Source of the DNA: Dehalococcoidia bacterium
GTDB taxonomy: Bacteria > Chloroflexota > Dehalococcoidia > UBA6926
Reading direction: 5' to 3'
NCBI GenBank assembly: GCA_963666115.2
Contig: CAXXET010000006.1
Location: 192,001 to 256,000, forward strand
DNA length: 64,000 nucleotides
Shown: piece after piece, positions 48,277-58,553 of the stretch
Layout: every line of letters begins with the position of its first letter
How positions within the stretch are numbered: the stretch's first letter is position 1
The notes under the pieces: model-generated
Databases searched by the model: none
The model's input: only the letters and a program-made list of their open reading frames with translations
What the model was told of the DNA's origin: nothing
Made by a program: the position numbers and the translations under genes

Positions 48277-50772
48277 ATGGTGGTTACTGAATCTGATGGT
48301 CGGCTTTCGGGGCTGGAGACGGTCTCGATCAGCGTTTCGGGGATGACGTGCGCGGCGTGCGTGATGCACGTGGAGCATGCGCTGACGGACGTGCCCGGTG
48401 TTGAGGAGGCGCGCGTCAACCTGGCAACGGAGCGCGCCGTCATCGAGGTCCCCGACGGGGTCTCGCTTGACGTGCTTGCCTCGGCGGTCAAGGAGGCGGG
48501 CTACGGCGCCCGGACGGAGACGCAGCGGCTGTTCATCGAGCCGGACACGGACGGCGATGATCCCCGCGAGAAGGCCGTGTCCGCCCTCATGGGCCTTCGC
48601 GGCGTGCGGTGGGCGACGCCCGACGAGGAGGACGCAACCGCCCTGACGGTCGAGCACTACAGCGCGGCGGTCGATACAACCGATATTCGCAGCGCGGTTG
48701 TCGGCACCGGTCTGCGCGTCGCGGGCATCGAGGAGAAAGAGGACGCGCGCGTCGTTGCCAAGGAAGAGGAAGAGCGCGCGCTGCGGCTGCGGTTCCTCAT
48801 CGCGCTGTCCAGCGGCGTGGTCGTCATGCTGCTCGGCATGTCCGGCGTCCTGGAACGGAACATCGCGCACTACGTCATGTTCGCCATTGCGACGCCGATC
48901 CAGTTCTGGGCGGGGTCGCTCTTCTACGCGAGCGCGTGGTCGGCGCTCAAGCAGCGCACGTCCAACATGAACACGCTCATCTCGCTTGGGACGACGGCGG
49001 CGTATTTGTACAGCGTGGCGGCGACGTTCGCGCCGGGGTTCTTTGAATCGGCGGGCGGCGAGGCGGCGGTCTATTACGATACGGCGATCATCATCATCGC
49101 GCTCATCCTCATGGGGCGGTGGATGGAGGCACGGGCGCGGGGCAGGGCCTCGGACGCCATCGCCTCACTCCTCGGCTTGCAGCCGAAATCGGCGCGCGTC
49201 ATCCGTGACGGGGCGGAGATCATGCTGCCGGTGGAGAGCGTGCTGCCAAACGACATCATCGCGGTGCGGCCGGGGGAAAGACTGCCCGTCGACGGCATCT
49301 TGACCGAGGGCGCGTCCACCATCGACGAGTCCATGTTGACGGGAGAGAGCATCCCCGTCGACAAGGGCGAGGGCGATGAGGTGTACGGGGCGACGGTGAA
49401 CGGGACGGGCGCGTTCCGCCTGCGGGCGACGCGGGTTGGCAAGGATACCGCGCTCGCGCAGATTGTCCGCCTCGTGGAGGAGGCGCAGGGGTCGAAGGCG
49501 CCGGTGCAGCGGCTGGCGGACCTCATCTCCTCGTATTTCGTGCCGACCGTCGTGGCCATTTCGATCATCACGTTCATCGTCTGGAGCTTGGCGGGGCCTG
49601 AACCGGCGCTGACGCTGGCGACGCTGAACATGGTGGCGGTGCTGATCATCGCCTGCCCGTGCGCGTTGGGGCTTGCCACACCGACCGCGATCATGGTCGG
49701 CACGGGCAAGGGGGCGGAGAACGGCGTTCTCATCCGCAACGCGCAGGCGCTTGAGCTTGCCAGCAAGATTCGCACCGTCGCGCTGGACAAGACGGGGACG
49801 ATCACGCAGGGGCGTCCGTCCGTTACCGACGTGTTGACGGCGAACGACGCGGCTGAGGGTGACGTTCTTTCGATTGCTGCGACAGTGGAGGCCAGCTCGG
49901 AGCATCCGCTGGCGGAGGCGGTGTTGGCGCGGGCGGGCAGGGCGGCGGGGCAGGACATGACGGTTACGGACTTTGAGGCGCTGCCGGGGGCGGGCGTCAC
50001 GGCGAGCGTGGACGGTCGTCGCGTCGTCATCGGTAGTGCGCGGCTGCTTGTTGATCGGGGCGCGGTTATTTCGGACTCGCTGCGAACGGGGGCGGACGCG
50101 CTGGCAGAGCAGGGCAAGACGCTCATGTTCGTCGCGGTGGATGATGCCGCAATGGGGGTGCTGGCCATCCAGGACCCCGTGAAGCCGTCGGCGAGGCGCG
50201 CCGTTGAGCGGCTCCATGCGATGGGCGTCCGCACCGTTATGCTGACGGGCGATAACCAGGCGACGGCGCAGGCCATCGCCGAGCAGGTCGGCATTACGGA
50301 GGTGCGGGCCGAGGTTCTGCCGGCGCAGAAGGCGGAGGTCGTTGCGGCGCTGCAGGCCGAGGGCGGGCACGTCGCGATGGTTGGCGACGGCATCAACGAT
50401 GCGCCCGCGTTGGCGCAGGCGGACGTCGGCATCGCGATCGGCACGGGGGCGGACGTCGCGATGGAGGCTGCGGACGTGACGCTGGTGAGCGGCGACCCGA
50501 ACGGGGTGGCGACGGCTATCCAGTTGTCGCGACGCACGGTGCGGACGATCTGGCAGAACCTGTTCTGGGCGTTCTTCTATAACGCGACGCTGATTCCGAT
50601 CGCGGCGGGCGCGCTGTACCTGGTGTTCAGCGGCGGCGTGCCGGCGGGGTTGCAGTTCGCGCTTGGCGAGCAGGGCTTCCTGAACCCGATGATGGCGGCG
50701 GCGGCGATGGCGATGTCGAGCGTGAGCGTGGTGCTGAATTCGCTACGGCTGAAGGGGTTTCGGGCGGGGTAA
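48277..50772 (+). CDS. copA: Cu(I)-translocating P1B-type ATPase
   Basis: GMTCAAC, TGES, CPCALG, DKTGT, SEHP, GDGIND, YN, MAMSS. Confidence 0.95.
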   Translation: MVVTESDGRLSGLETVSISVSGMTCAACVMHVEHALTDVPGVEEARVNLATERAVIEVPDGVSLDVLASAVKEAGYGARTETQRLFIEPDTDGDDPREKAVSALMGLRGVRWATPDEEDATALTVEHYSAAVDTTDIRSAVVGTGLRVAGIEEKEDARVVAKEEEERALRLRFLIALSSGVVVMLLGMSGVLERNIAHYVMFAIATPIQFWAGSLFYASAWSALKQRTSNMNTLISLGTTAAYLYSVAATFAPGFFESAGGEAAVYYDTAIIIIALILMGRWMEARARGRASDAIASLLGLQPKSARVIRDGAEIMLPVESVLPNDIIAVRPGERLPVDGILTEGASTIDESMLTGESIPVDKGEGDEVYGATVNGTGAFRLRATRVGKDTALAQIVRLVEEAQGSKAPVQRLADLISSYFVPTVVAISIITFIVWSLAGPEPALTLATLNMVAVLIIACPCALGLATPTAIMVGTGKGAENGVLIRNAQALELASKIRTVALDKTGTITQGRPSVTDVLTANDAAEGDVLSIAATVEASSEHPLAEAVLARAGRAAGQDMTVTDFEALPGAGVTASVDGRRVVIGSARLLVDRGAVISDSLRTGADALAEQGKTLMFVAVDDAAMGVLAIQDPVKPSARRAVERLHAMGVRTVMLTGDNQATAQAIAEQVGITEVRAEVLPAQKAEVVAALQAEGGHVAMVGDGINDAPALAQADVGIAIGTGADVAMEAADVTLVSGDPNGVATAIQLSRRTVRTIWQNLFWAFFYNATLIPIAAGALYLVFSGGVPAGLQFALGEQGFLNPMMAAAAMAMSSVSVVLNSLRLKGFRAG

Positions 50773-50848
50773 GGGGCCGCTCGCACAACTGCGATGCCAA
50801 TTCACGGTTGTACGGCTGGCCGCGATGCGTTCGCGTGCAGGGGGCGCC

Positions 50849-52747
50849 CTACTTCATACGGATACGAGCGTAGCCGAGCAAATCCACTCTGCGTCCAAAG
50901 AAAGGCTCCCTGCCTCCGTCCTGGAATCCCCAAACGCTAACGACATAGCCGGATGGGCTTTTCAGGTTCTCAGGGAACTGGAATATCACGCTGAAAGTTC
51001 TCCCCTCGATCAGATATTCGGCGGCAACGGTGTCACCTGAGTCATCAACGTCCCAGCTTGAACCATCATCGAGCGCGGGCAGGATACTGCCAACGTAACT
51101 GCCTGTCTCTGCCGTATGGAGCGTGTAGTTTGTGTAGCCACCTTGTTGTGCATACTCAAGCGTTTCCTTAGAGAGCACTGCGTCATCTAGCAGAGTCCCG
51201 CGGAACGTGACCGAATCGCCATCGTAGGTTGGGTGCTCATCCCACTGAATGAGGCGATGGCTTAGCCTCCCGATGCCCTCGTCAAAGGGACGGTTCTCCG
51301 GGGCGTTTAGTTTGCCAGACCAGTGTTTCTCCACAATGTCGGCTGATTGCGGAAAGGCTTGCCGGACCTCGTGAATGCCTGCGTCCCTGTCTTCCTCGCC
51401 TGCCACGAGGGACAGTCGATACAGCTCGCGCAGTCCCCTGTGGAATTCGTTGCTGCCTAGATCCTCCAACAGATCCAGAAAGAGCGCTTGTCCCAGAAAG
51501 TAGTTGCACAGAAATTGGGGGGTCTGTTGGGTGGGTTGCTGCTGCGTCAGCATCTGCAAGTCGTGCGCTTCGCATTGCCTCCGAGAGGGTGTCGATAACA
51601 GTCCCGGACTCATCCCAGATTCGATACCGTGCATGAACTCGAAAGTATCGGCCACGCCTTCGTCAAGCCAGTCAGCGCTTCCCCTCCAGAAATAGTGTGA
51701 GATCTCGTGAAGAATGAGTTGTGATAGACGATACTTGTCGAAATCTCTCGCCCCCTCCTCGATCCGTGGAAGACCGCTTATGGCAAAGCCGAAATTGGTG
51801 CCTGCGAACTCATCGAGAACGGCAGCGTCATTGATGATGAGGATCACGTGACTGACCGGCAACGGCCTAGCCATTATTCGCTCGGCGTACTCCACAGCGT
51901 CCCTGATCATGTGGCGCGTCCAGTGCTGGGGCGGTCCTTCGGCGCGGACAATGCTGATTTTTAGGTCGGGTGACAATTCCGTCGGACTCTCAAAAGTCTT
52001 GATGTAAACATATCCCGGTATCAGCAGCCTACGCAGTGTCACTGCATCGTCCACCGTGCTCACTGCCGCGACTAAGGTGGTCTGGTCGTCGACGATTCCT
52101 CCACTAAGCGTAGGGTGTTCCAATAGTGAAGACAGCAGGCGGTCGTCTGAGAGTCTTGCCAAACGATAAATGCCCTGGAGAGCAAGCACGTCGTCGGATT
52201 CCAGGGATTCCAAGAACGGCATTCCGATTATGGCGCCGGCTTCAGCGCCATGGTAATAGGCTATCCAACTCATCCATTCAAGCGCATCAGCCTCAGCAGC
52301 GGTGATGTCATCCTGAATCCAGGCGAGGCCCAAGGCTGTGCTTAGGCCGGCGATTTCCCTTTTCCCAATGTAAGTCAGATGTGCAATGGCATGGCGCTCA
52401 AATTCTGAAAGATCATCTTGCGCCCACGGCAGCCCATCCATATTCGTGTACAGTGCAGGATGTTCATGCCGCAGCCACTGGGTGTCCGGTGTGACATATC
52501 GCCCCAACGGGCTGGGCGTTGGTGTAATCGTCGGCGTTGCCGTCGGCGTTGCCGTCGGTGTTGCCGTCGGTGTTGCCGTTGGGGTGGGCGTCGATGTAGG
52601 GCTTGGTTCAGGCGTTGCGGTAGGCGTGGACGTCGCTGTGTGCGTCGCGACAGGCTCCACTACAGGTTCGGCGCTCTCACAGCCGTAGCCGCTAAGCCCT
52701 GCGGCAAGGATGCAGAGGCCAACGAACAATATAGAGGCTTTGAGCAC
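50849..52747 (-). CDS. Exported gluzincin-like zinc metallopeptidase domain protein
   Basis: Signal/lipobox, (TATP)n linker, HEISH...WLDEG. Confidence 0.7.
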   Translation of the reverse strand: MLKASILFVGLCILAAGLSGYGCESAEPVVEPVATHTATSTPTATPEPSPTSTPTPTATPTATPTATPTATPTITPTPSPLGRYVTPDTQWLRHEHPALYTNMDGLPWAQDDLSEFERHAIAHLTYIGKREIAGLSTALGLAWIQDDITAAEADALEWMSWIAYYHGAEAGAIIGMPFLESLESDDVLALQGIYRLARLSDDRLLSSLLEHPTLSGGIVDDQTTLVAAVSTVDDAVTLRRLLIPGYVYIKTFESPTELSPDLKISIVRAEGPPQHWTRHMIRDAVEYAERIMARPLPVSHVILIINDAAVLDEFAGTNFGFAISGLPRIEEGARDFDKYRLSQLILHEISHYFWRGSADWLDEGVADTFEFMHGIESGMSPGLLSTPSRRQCEAHDLQMLTQQQPTQQTPQFLCNYFLGQALFLDLLEDLGSNEFHRGLRELYRLSLVAGEEDRDAGIHEVRQAFPQSADIVEKHWSGKLNAPENRPFDEGIGRLSHRLIQWDEHPTYDGDSVTFRGTLLDDAVLSKETLEYAQQGGYTNYTLHTAETGSYVGSILPALDDGSSWDVDDSGDTVAAEYLIEGRTFSVIFQFPENLKSPSGYVVSVWGFQDGGREPFFGRRVDLLGYARIRMK

Positions 52748-52944
52748 TAGTTCCCTCCCCGCAGCATGAAAGCACCGTGGCGCATCACTCCGCCCATATT
52801 ATCCCCATTACTATCTACCTTGATCATGCGCTCACCACGCCCGTCGTCATCATCGTGTATGTCAATAACGAGACGGGCACGCTTACTGCCACAGGGTAGA
52901 GGGACTCTGGGTTTCCTCTTTCGCGGGAAAAACGAGGCGGGGCG

Positions 52945-52970
52945 CCCTTCGACAGGCTCAGGGTGAACGG
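52945..52970. repeat. Family B repeat (degenerate family A just upstream)
   Basis: CCCTTCGACAGGCTCAGGGTGAACGG. Confidence 0.85.
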
Positions 52971-53015
52971 GGGCGCGGCTAACTGTGGCACTGAATTCGC
53001 TGCGATTGAAAGAGT

Positions 53016-54776
53016 TTAGGGGGAGGTGAGAGGCGAATCTGGCAGCTTGCCGCCGTTGATGTGGAAGTCGATGGAAAACAGTTCCAAGTTGGAGGCTCCC
53101 AGATGACGCGCCATTCGCCGGTACTTCCTGGCCCGCTGACCGTAACCGAGTTTACCGGCGGAGATGGCAGAGAGCATTGCTAGAATCCGGCTCTCAGGCT
53201 CGTAGGCCAGTCCTTTCTCGAAAGCCTCAAGCGCTTCAGAGTCCTTACCTAAGGCGTCGTAGCAGAAGCCAACCGCTGTCCAGTATTCCGAGTCCTGCTG
53301 AACTTTTTCCGGCTGAAGTCGCGTAGATTCAATGGCAATTAGGTGATCAAGGGCCTCCTGATGCTGGCCGTCCTCGATAAGGACGAAACCAATGGTGGTC
53401 CACGGCGCGAGCCATTCCGGCGCCAACTCTGCGGCCAGCCGCAGTTCATCCAGGCCCCTCCGCATCAATGCTGCATCGCCTGTCCTTGCGCCGATGCCTC
53501 CCAGGTGCGATCCAAGTGTGAAGTGATAGGCCGGGTCTGTTGGGTCGAGCTGGACCGCTCTTTCAAGCAGCGCCAGCGCCTCAGACAGCTTTCCTTCCAT
53601 CACTGCGAGTTCCGTTGCGCGCTCGTGCAAGTCGTACGCTTTGGGATTCGAGACGCCCCACGCATCCATGTGCCACTTACGCACGGAATCCGTCATGGAT
53701 GACACTTCCGATTGACGAATGTGGTGGGTGATCTTCTGGACTCGTGTTTCCCAACTGACGGAGTCTGCTGCCGCCAGATCAAGTTTCCATTCTGGGTCTT
53801 CTTCCTGCTTGGCAATATATTGAACGAGCAGCTTCCCAAGTGGGATACCTGTGCCACTGAGGACGAGATCCATGAGAGCCTTTGTGCTATCTGGCTCTCG
53901 CGAAATCTTGCCGAGCCCGTGGAACGACAATTCGGAGTAGCGTCGCAAGTGAGCGACGATCTCATTGGTCTGTTCTGTTCCAATGATGCTCTGGACAAGC
54001 TCAACCATGTCGCTTAGCCAATAGAATTGGCGTAGACGACCGAGCATGAACCTTTCATATTCGCGGCCTATCACTTTCGCCATGGCCGAGGCGATGGTCT
54101 TTAGGTTAGCGTCACTTGGGCGGGCACCGTCGTAGAGCCATCCCGCCACAGTGTTCTTATCCACACCGGTTGCTTCCACAAACCCCTCTACGGTGAGCAA
54201 CTCGTAAGAAAGAGAATCCTGGTTGGCCTTCTGATCCCTCTTGACGTCTCGCCTCATCCAGTTCAAAAGGGCGCCTCGCTTGGAACGATCAAGGTATTCC
54301 ATGCTTTCCAGGTCGCCTAGTGGTATGTCGAGGACACGCATTCCGGCCCCGATGCGAACTGCTATATCGATGGCCGCGAGCCGTATGTATGCTGCCCAGA
54401 CGACGGGCAGATTAGCGCGGTCTACGATTCCAGCGCGGCGGCGCATCTTGGCGACAAACTCGTCCCATCCCCGAACATTGAATTTGAGGGCAAATATCAC
54501 CCTCTCAATGGCGGCATCGCCAGCCTCTTGGGCAGCCGGGATCAGGCCCGTTTCAATCAGAACCCGAGCAAGAGCGCGAAAGATTTCTTCCAGACTGGAG
54601 TCCTTGAGTCCTGCTCCACCTCCTGCGCCCCTAAAGTAACGCTGGGCGTTCTTTGTGCTAAGCGCAGGCTCCTTGATGCCAAGTCGTCGGACAATCGCGC
54701 CGATGACTTGCCCGCTAGTCGGCGGAACCGGCGCAACATCCTCGTACTTGGTCCTTCTGGGCTCGTCACCAGTCAT
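53016..54776 (-). CDS. XRE-like HTH + TPR repeat protein
   Basis: LTVEGFVEATGVDKNTVAGWLYDGARPSDANL HTH; C-terminal TPRs (EALALLERAVQLDP, EALEAFEKGLAYEP). Confidence 0.78.
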   Translation of the reverse strand: MTGDEPRRTKYEDVAPVPPTSGQVIGAIVRRLGIKEPALSTKNAQRYFRGAGGGAGLKDSSLEEIFRALARVLIETGLIPAAQEAGDAAIERVIFALKFNVRGWDEFVAKMRRRAGIVDRANLPVVWAAYIRLAAIDIAVRIGAGMRVLDIPLGDLESMEYLDRSKRGALLNWMRRDVKRDQKANQDSLSYELLTVEGFVEATGVDKNTVAGWLYDGARPSDANLKTIASAMAKVIGREYERFMLGRLRQFYWLSDMVELVQSIIGTEQTNEIVAHLRRYSELSFHGLGKISREPDSTKALMDLVLSGTGIPLGKLLVQYIAKQEEDPEWKLDLAAADSVSWETRVQKITHHIRQSEVSSMTDSVRKWHMDAWGVSNPKAYDLHERATELAVMEGKLSEALALLERAVQLDPTDPAYHFTLGSHLGGIGARTGDAALMRRGLDELRLAAELAPEWLAPWTTIGFVLIEDGQHQEALDHLIAIESTRLQPEKVQQDSEYWTAVGFCYDALGKDSEALEAFEKGLAYEPESRILAMLSAISAGKLGYGQRARKYRRMARHLGASNLELFSIDFHINGGKLPDSPLTSP

Positions 54777-55638
54777 ACTGGCCTCCGCGTTTTATGAACC
54801 TCTCCACATCCACCTGAACCTGTGACAGCGCCGCCTCCACGCCCACCTCCAAGATGGATTGCTCGCTGTAGAGCAGTGTTCCGGCTGTGTTGTCGAAGAA
54901 GCGGCCGGCGGGGTCTACCATGACGTAGCTGCCGGTCATCATGGCGTTGGATTCGGGGACGACTTTGATGCCCTCGGACTCCAGGTGGCGGTGGCGGGCG
55001 ACGTAGGTATCGAAGTCCTCGGCGGTGACGGTGAGGTTGCCGAGGGTGTCGTCGTTTTGGCCGTCTATGGGGAGGACCTGGAAGATCTTCCAGCGCTCCG
55101 GCCTCGCCCAGCGGATGAACTCCGTCATGTCCTCGTCCTTGTTCGCGTGCGTGACGACCGTGTTTATCTTGAGGCGGAAGCCGCGTTCCCGCGCCAATTC
55201 GACAAGGCCATGATATTCGCTCTCGTTGAGCGGCCCCTGCCTGAGCGTTCGGCCTGTCCTGGCGTTGACTGCCGTGTCGAGCGAATCGATGCTGAGGGTC
55301 ACCCAATCGAGCGTTCCGGTCAATTCGTCAAGGTAGTCGGCACGGAGCCTCGTGCCGTTGGTGACGATTGACGTGGTCATGCCGTGCTCCTTGCCCTGCC
55401 GGATCAAGTCTGGCAGCCAGGGGCAGAGGGTCGGCTCGCCGCCCGCGAAGGTGATTTTCTCGAATCCGGCCTGCGCCAGGCGCTCTACAACGGCGAGCGT
55501 GTCTTCGCGGGGCAGGTGGCCCTTGGGGAGTCGATCTGCCTTCACGTCCTCAAACTTGGCGAAGCAGAAGTTGCAGCCCATGTTGCATGGCTTCCAGAGG
55601 TGGTAGTTCACGGACGGTATTGGTGGTCGGTCTGTCAT
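54766..55638 (-). CDS. Prokaryotic viperin (antiviral radical SAM enzyme)
   Basis: SVNYHLWKPCNMGCNFCF, KITFAGGEP, IVTNG, LSIDS, KINTVV, RWKIFQ, SYVMVD..GRF, terminal KRGG.YDW; GGAGG RBS. Confidence 0.92.
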   Translation of the reverse strand: MTDRPPIPSVNYHLWKPCNMGCNFCFAKFEDVKADRLPKGHLPREDTLAVVERLAQAGFEKITFAGGEPTLCPWLPDLIRQGKEHGMTTSIVTNGTRLRADYLDELTGTLDWVTLSIDSLDTAVNARTGRTLRQGPLNESEYHGLVELARERGFRLKINTVVTHANKDEDMTEFIRWARPERWKIFQVLPIDGQNDDTLGNLTVTAEDFDTYVARHRHLESEGIKVVPESNAMMTGSYVMVDPAGRFFDNTAGTLLYSEQSILEVGVEAALSQVQVDVERFIKRGGQYDW

Positions 55639-55811
55639 GTATGCCTCCCTTGTAGTATTGCTCATGCATCCATGATTCATCGCGAGCAGCAGGGAGTCAG
55701 CACCAGTTTGGTGGACAAAAAGCCTCAGCCGACTCGGTTCGTGCGTTAAGATGGTTGAGGTTGCGGAAGAGGGAGGGCCTTGGGGCGCGCGGCGAGCGAG
55801 GGGGCTGAGCG

Positions 55812-56018
55812 ATGGTTAGCAAGTTTTTGGGGTTTATGAAGAAGGAGGAGCCGGAGGAGGACCCGGTGTGCCATATGATGGTCAGCCCGAGCAGGCCGCC
55901 GGGCGGATCGTATGAGTACGAGGGGACGACGTACTATTTCTGCGGGCCGGGGTGCCGCGTCGCGTTCTCCAAGGAGCCGGAGGCGTACCTGAGCGGCGAG
56001 AAGCGCATGGACATGTGA
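55812..56018 (+). CDS. YHS domain protein
   Basis: DPVCHMMV...[18 protein letters not shown]. Confidence 0.88.
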   Translation: MVSKFLGFMKKEEPEEDPVCHMMVSPSRPPGGSYEYEGTTYYFCGPGCRVAFSKEPEAYLSGEKRMDM

Positions 56019-56022
56019 CGAT

Positions 56023-57498
56023 TTGACCATGCAATCGGATACTCGCCGCCTGGCCAGAGCCTGGCTTTGGTTTGCAGGGATACTGGCTATCGCGCTGGTT
56101 GGCGCGGCGTGCGATGACTTCACGCCGGGGCCGGCAGAATCGCCGATTCCGCCGGCTCCCACTCCAGTCGTCGAGTTGGCGCCGACTGAGACGCCAACGC
56201 CAACAGCCACCCCGCTGCCGACGCCGACGCCAACCGCCGTCCCGCCAACGCCTGTGACGGTTCCGGTCGAACAGTCATGCGCGCTGGAGCCGCCGGAGCC
56301 CGATCATCCGACTCTTTCGGCACGTGATGAGGCCTGGCGTTTCCTGTTTGATTTGACGCGGGAGTTCAGTCCTCGTGAGAGCGCGACGGACGAGGAATAC
56401 GCGGCGGGAGAGGAGCTGAACTGCCTGCTCACGGAGATGGGTTATGTCACTGAGTTCCAGCGCTTCGGGCGGCTGGCGAACGTCGTATCCTCGGTCATTG
56501 TCGTTTCGGATGCGCCGCCCGGCCTAGAGGCGATCCAATCACTGCCAATCCAGGGTTCCTTTGAGGGAGAGATGATCGGCGAGCTGGTTTTTGTCGGGTT
56601 CGCGCTGCCGGAGGACGTTGGAGACCAGCGGCTCGATGGCAAGGTCGCGCTGATCGAACGCGGGGAGATCTCATTCCAGGAGAAGGCGGCGCGGGTTGAG
56701 GCTGCGGGCGCGGTTGGCGCGGTCATCTTCAATCGAGAAGACGAGCTGTTCCAGGGCGTGATGGTCAACAGAGACGTCCCGACTATTCCGGCTGTTGGGA
56801 TCAGCCGCGGGGATGGCCTCGCGCTGCGGGAGGCCATTGAAAGCGGCGGCCTGGAGGTGAATGTGGGCGTCAGGAACATCTATGAGCCCTCGCGCAACCT
56901 GATTGCCGAACTACCCGGCGGGCCGGGGAGGCAAGGAGTTGTCATCCTCGGCGCCCACTATGACACCGTGCATTTCACGGAGGGGGCGAATGACAACGGC
57001 TCCGGCCTGACGGCGCTCATGGCAATCGCCAACCGGATCATCGGCACCGAGTATCCGTTCACGGTGCGGCTGGTCCTGTTCGGATCAGAAGAGGTTGGGC
57101 TGCTCGGCAGCAAGCACTATGTGGAGCAACTGACGGAGGAGGAACGGGACGAGATCATCGCCATGATCAACTTCGACTCGGCCGGCACAGGGGTCACACT
57201 GGAATCGTGGGGGCATTTGGAATTGACGGGGGCGGCCGCGGCGTATGCGGCGAACGGGGATATTGCGTTCTCGCCGACGCTGACGAGGGGGCTATCGAGC
57301 AGTGATCACCGGCCCTTCCACGAGGCAGGAATTCCGGCCATCATCATCACAGCCGATGATATTTCACGCATCAACTCATCGCGCGACACCCTGGATTTCG
57401 TGGACGCGCAACTGATTGCGTGGGCGGCGGACATCGGCATCGGTCTCCTGGATCACCTTGCCGAGACGGCTTTGAGCACGGACCAAAGGCAGCGGTGA
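56023..57498 (+). CDS. M28 aminopeptidase with PA domain (lipoprotein)
   Basis: GAHYD, GANDNGSG, SEEVGL, NFD, SDH. Confidence 0.9.
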   Translation: MTMQSDTRRLARAWLWFAGILAIALVGAACDDFTPGPAESPIPPAPTPVVELAPTETPTPTATPLPTPTPTAVPPTPVTVPVEQSCALEPPEPDHPTLSARDEAWRFLFDLTREFSPRESATDEEYAAGEELNCLLTEMGYVTEFQRFGRLANVVSSVIVVSDAPPGLEAIQSLPIQGSFEGEMIGELVFVGFALPEDVGDQRLDGKVALIERGEISFQEKAARVEAAGAVGAVIFNREDELFQGVMVNRDVPTIPAVGISRGDGLALREAIESGGLEVNVGVRNIYEPSRNLIAELPGGPGRQGVVILGAHYDTVHFTEGANDNGSGLTALMAIANRIIGTEYPFTVRLVLFGSEEVGLLGSKHYVEQLTEEERDEIIAMINFDSAGTGVTLESWGHLELTGAAAAYAANGDIAFSPTLTRGLSSSDHRPFHEAGIPAIIITADDISRINSSRDTLDFVDAQLIAWAADIGIGLLDHLAETALSTDQRQR

Positions 57499-57593
57499 AC
57501 TGCCACGCGATGCCGCTTGCACATTGAGGGTTTGGCGTCTAGGGTAGTGGCGTATACAGCGCGATACGGAAATAGCTCAGAAAGGGGAGAGCT

Positions 57594-58340
57594 ATGACGA
57601 GCGAGGACCGGGCTGCACGAAGAACCAGGGCGGCAGGGCTGGCCTTTATGATCGGCATTTTGATGTCGATGATTGCGTCATTCCTGTATCCGGGCGGATT
57701 TGTGATCGAGTACACGGACCCGGGGGACTACGCGGCATCGGTCGCGGTGCTGTCGGACTACGCAAACCTGGGGCACGTGATAACGACGGTGTCCATCATC
57801 GGGATGCTGCTGATGATCGGGGCCGTGATTCGCCTCTACAATCTGCCTGAAGTCGATCAGCCGATGGCCCGTCCCTTGCTCCGGTTCGGCATCATCCTGA
57901 CGGTGATCCAGTGGGTCATCGTCTTGCTCGGATACGGAGAGCGTCATCTCCTCCTGCACCTGCTTCAGCGCAGTGAATCAGGCACTCTCAGCGCGGACGT
58001 GCTGGCGCTATTTGAGCCGCTGATCATCGGCGCGTACGCGGACATGGTTGGCGGATTCCTGATGTTCCTGTTCATCCTCCCGTTCGCCTCATCCCTGATG
58101 GGCCTGGGGCTGGCGCAACGGTTCCAGGAGATGGACATCTACAAGATCGCCAGCTATGCGCTGGTGCTGGTCGGGGTCGTGGGATTCGTGATCATCATGG
58201 CGGCGATGCACATGCCGGAAATGGACATGCAGACGCTGCTGATCATCAACAACCTGAACCTGACGGTGGGCGCGGCGGCGCTGTTCAACATCGGCCTGGG
58301 CATGTACCGGGGGCGGAGCGAGCTTTCGCCGGAGGAATAG
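57594..58340 (+). CDS. Hypothetical polytopic membrane protein
   Basis: About 6 TM helices; good RBS. Confidence 0.7.
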   Translation: MTSEDRAARRTRAAGLAFMIGILMSMIASFLYPGGFVIEYTDPGDYAASVAVLSDYANLGHVITTVSIIGMLLMIGAVIRLYNLPEVDQPMARPLLRFGIILTVIQWVIVLLGYGERHLLLHLLQRSESGTLSADVLALFEPLIIGAYADMVGGFLMFLFILPFASSLMGLGLAQRFQEMDIYKIASYALVLVGVVGFVIIMAAMHMPEMDMQTLLIINNLNLTVGAAALFNIGLGMYRGRSELSPEE

Positions 58341-58553
58341 GCAACTCTCCGAGGAGAATCGGGGTTGACCTGCGCCGCCCACTGTCATTTTGAAGGGTGC
58401 GCGGCGGAGGGAAGAAGCCCACGGGAGATTCTCTGGCGCGCGCAGAATGAGAGTTAGTCGCACTCAATTTCTTTAGCAGACGGAGAATTAGCCGTATACT
58501 GGGAGTAGTGTCCGGGCAGAAAATGAGATGATGTCTCAATACTTGGCTAGTGG

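Noticed and set aside
52520-52585. 12-bp tandem repeat as a contingency locus
   Set aside because: The unit is a multiple of three encoding a TATP linker, common in this window's lipoproteins.
54766-55638. Radical SAM gene as MoaA (given modABC in the window)
   Set aside because: It lacks the MoaA C-terminal Cys cluster and carries viperin-specific motifs.
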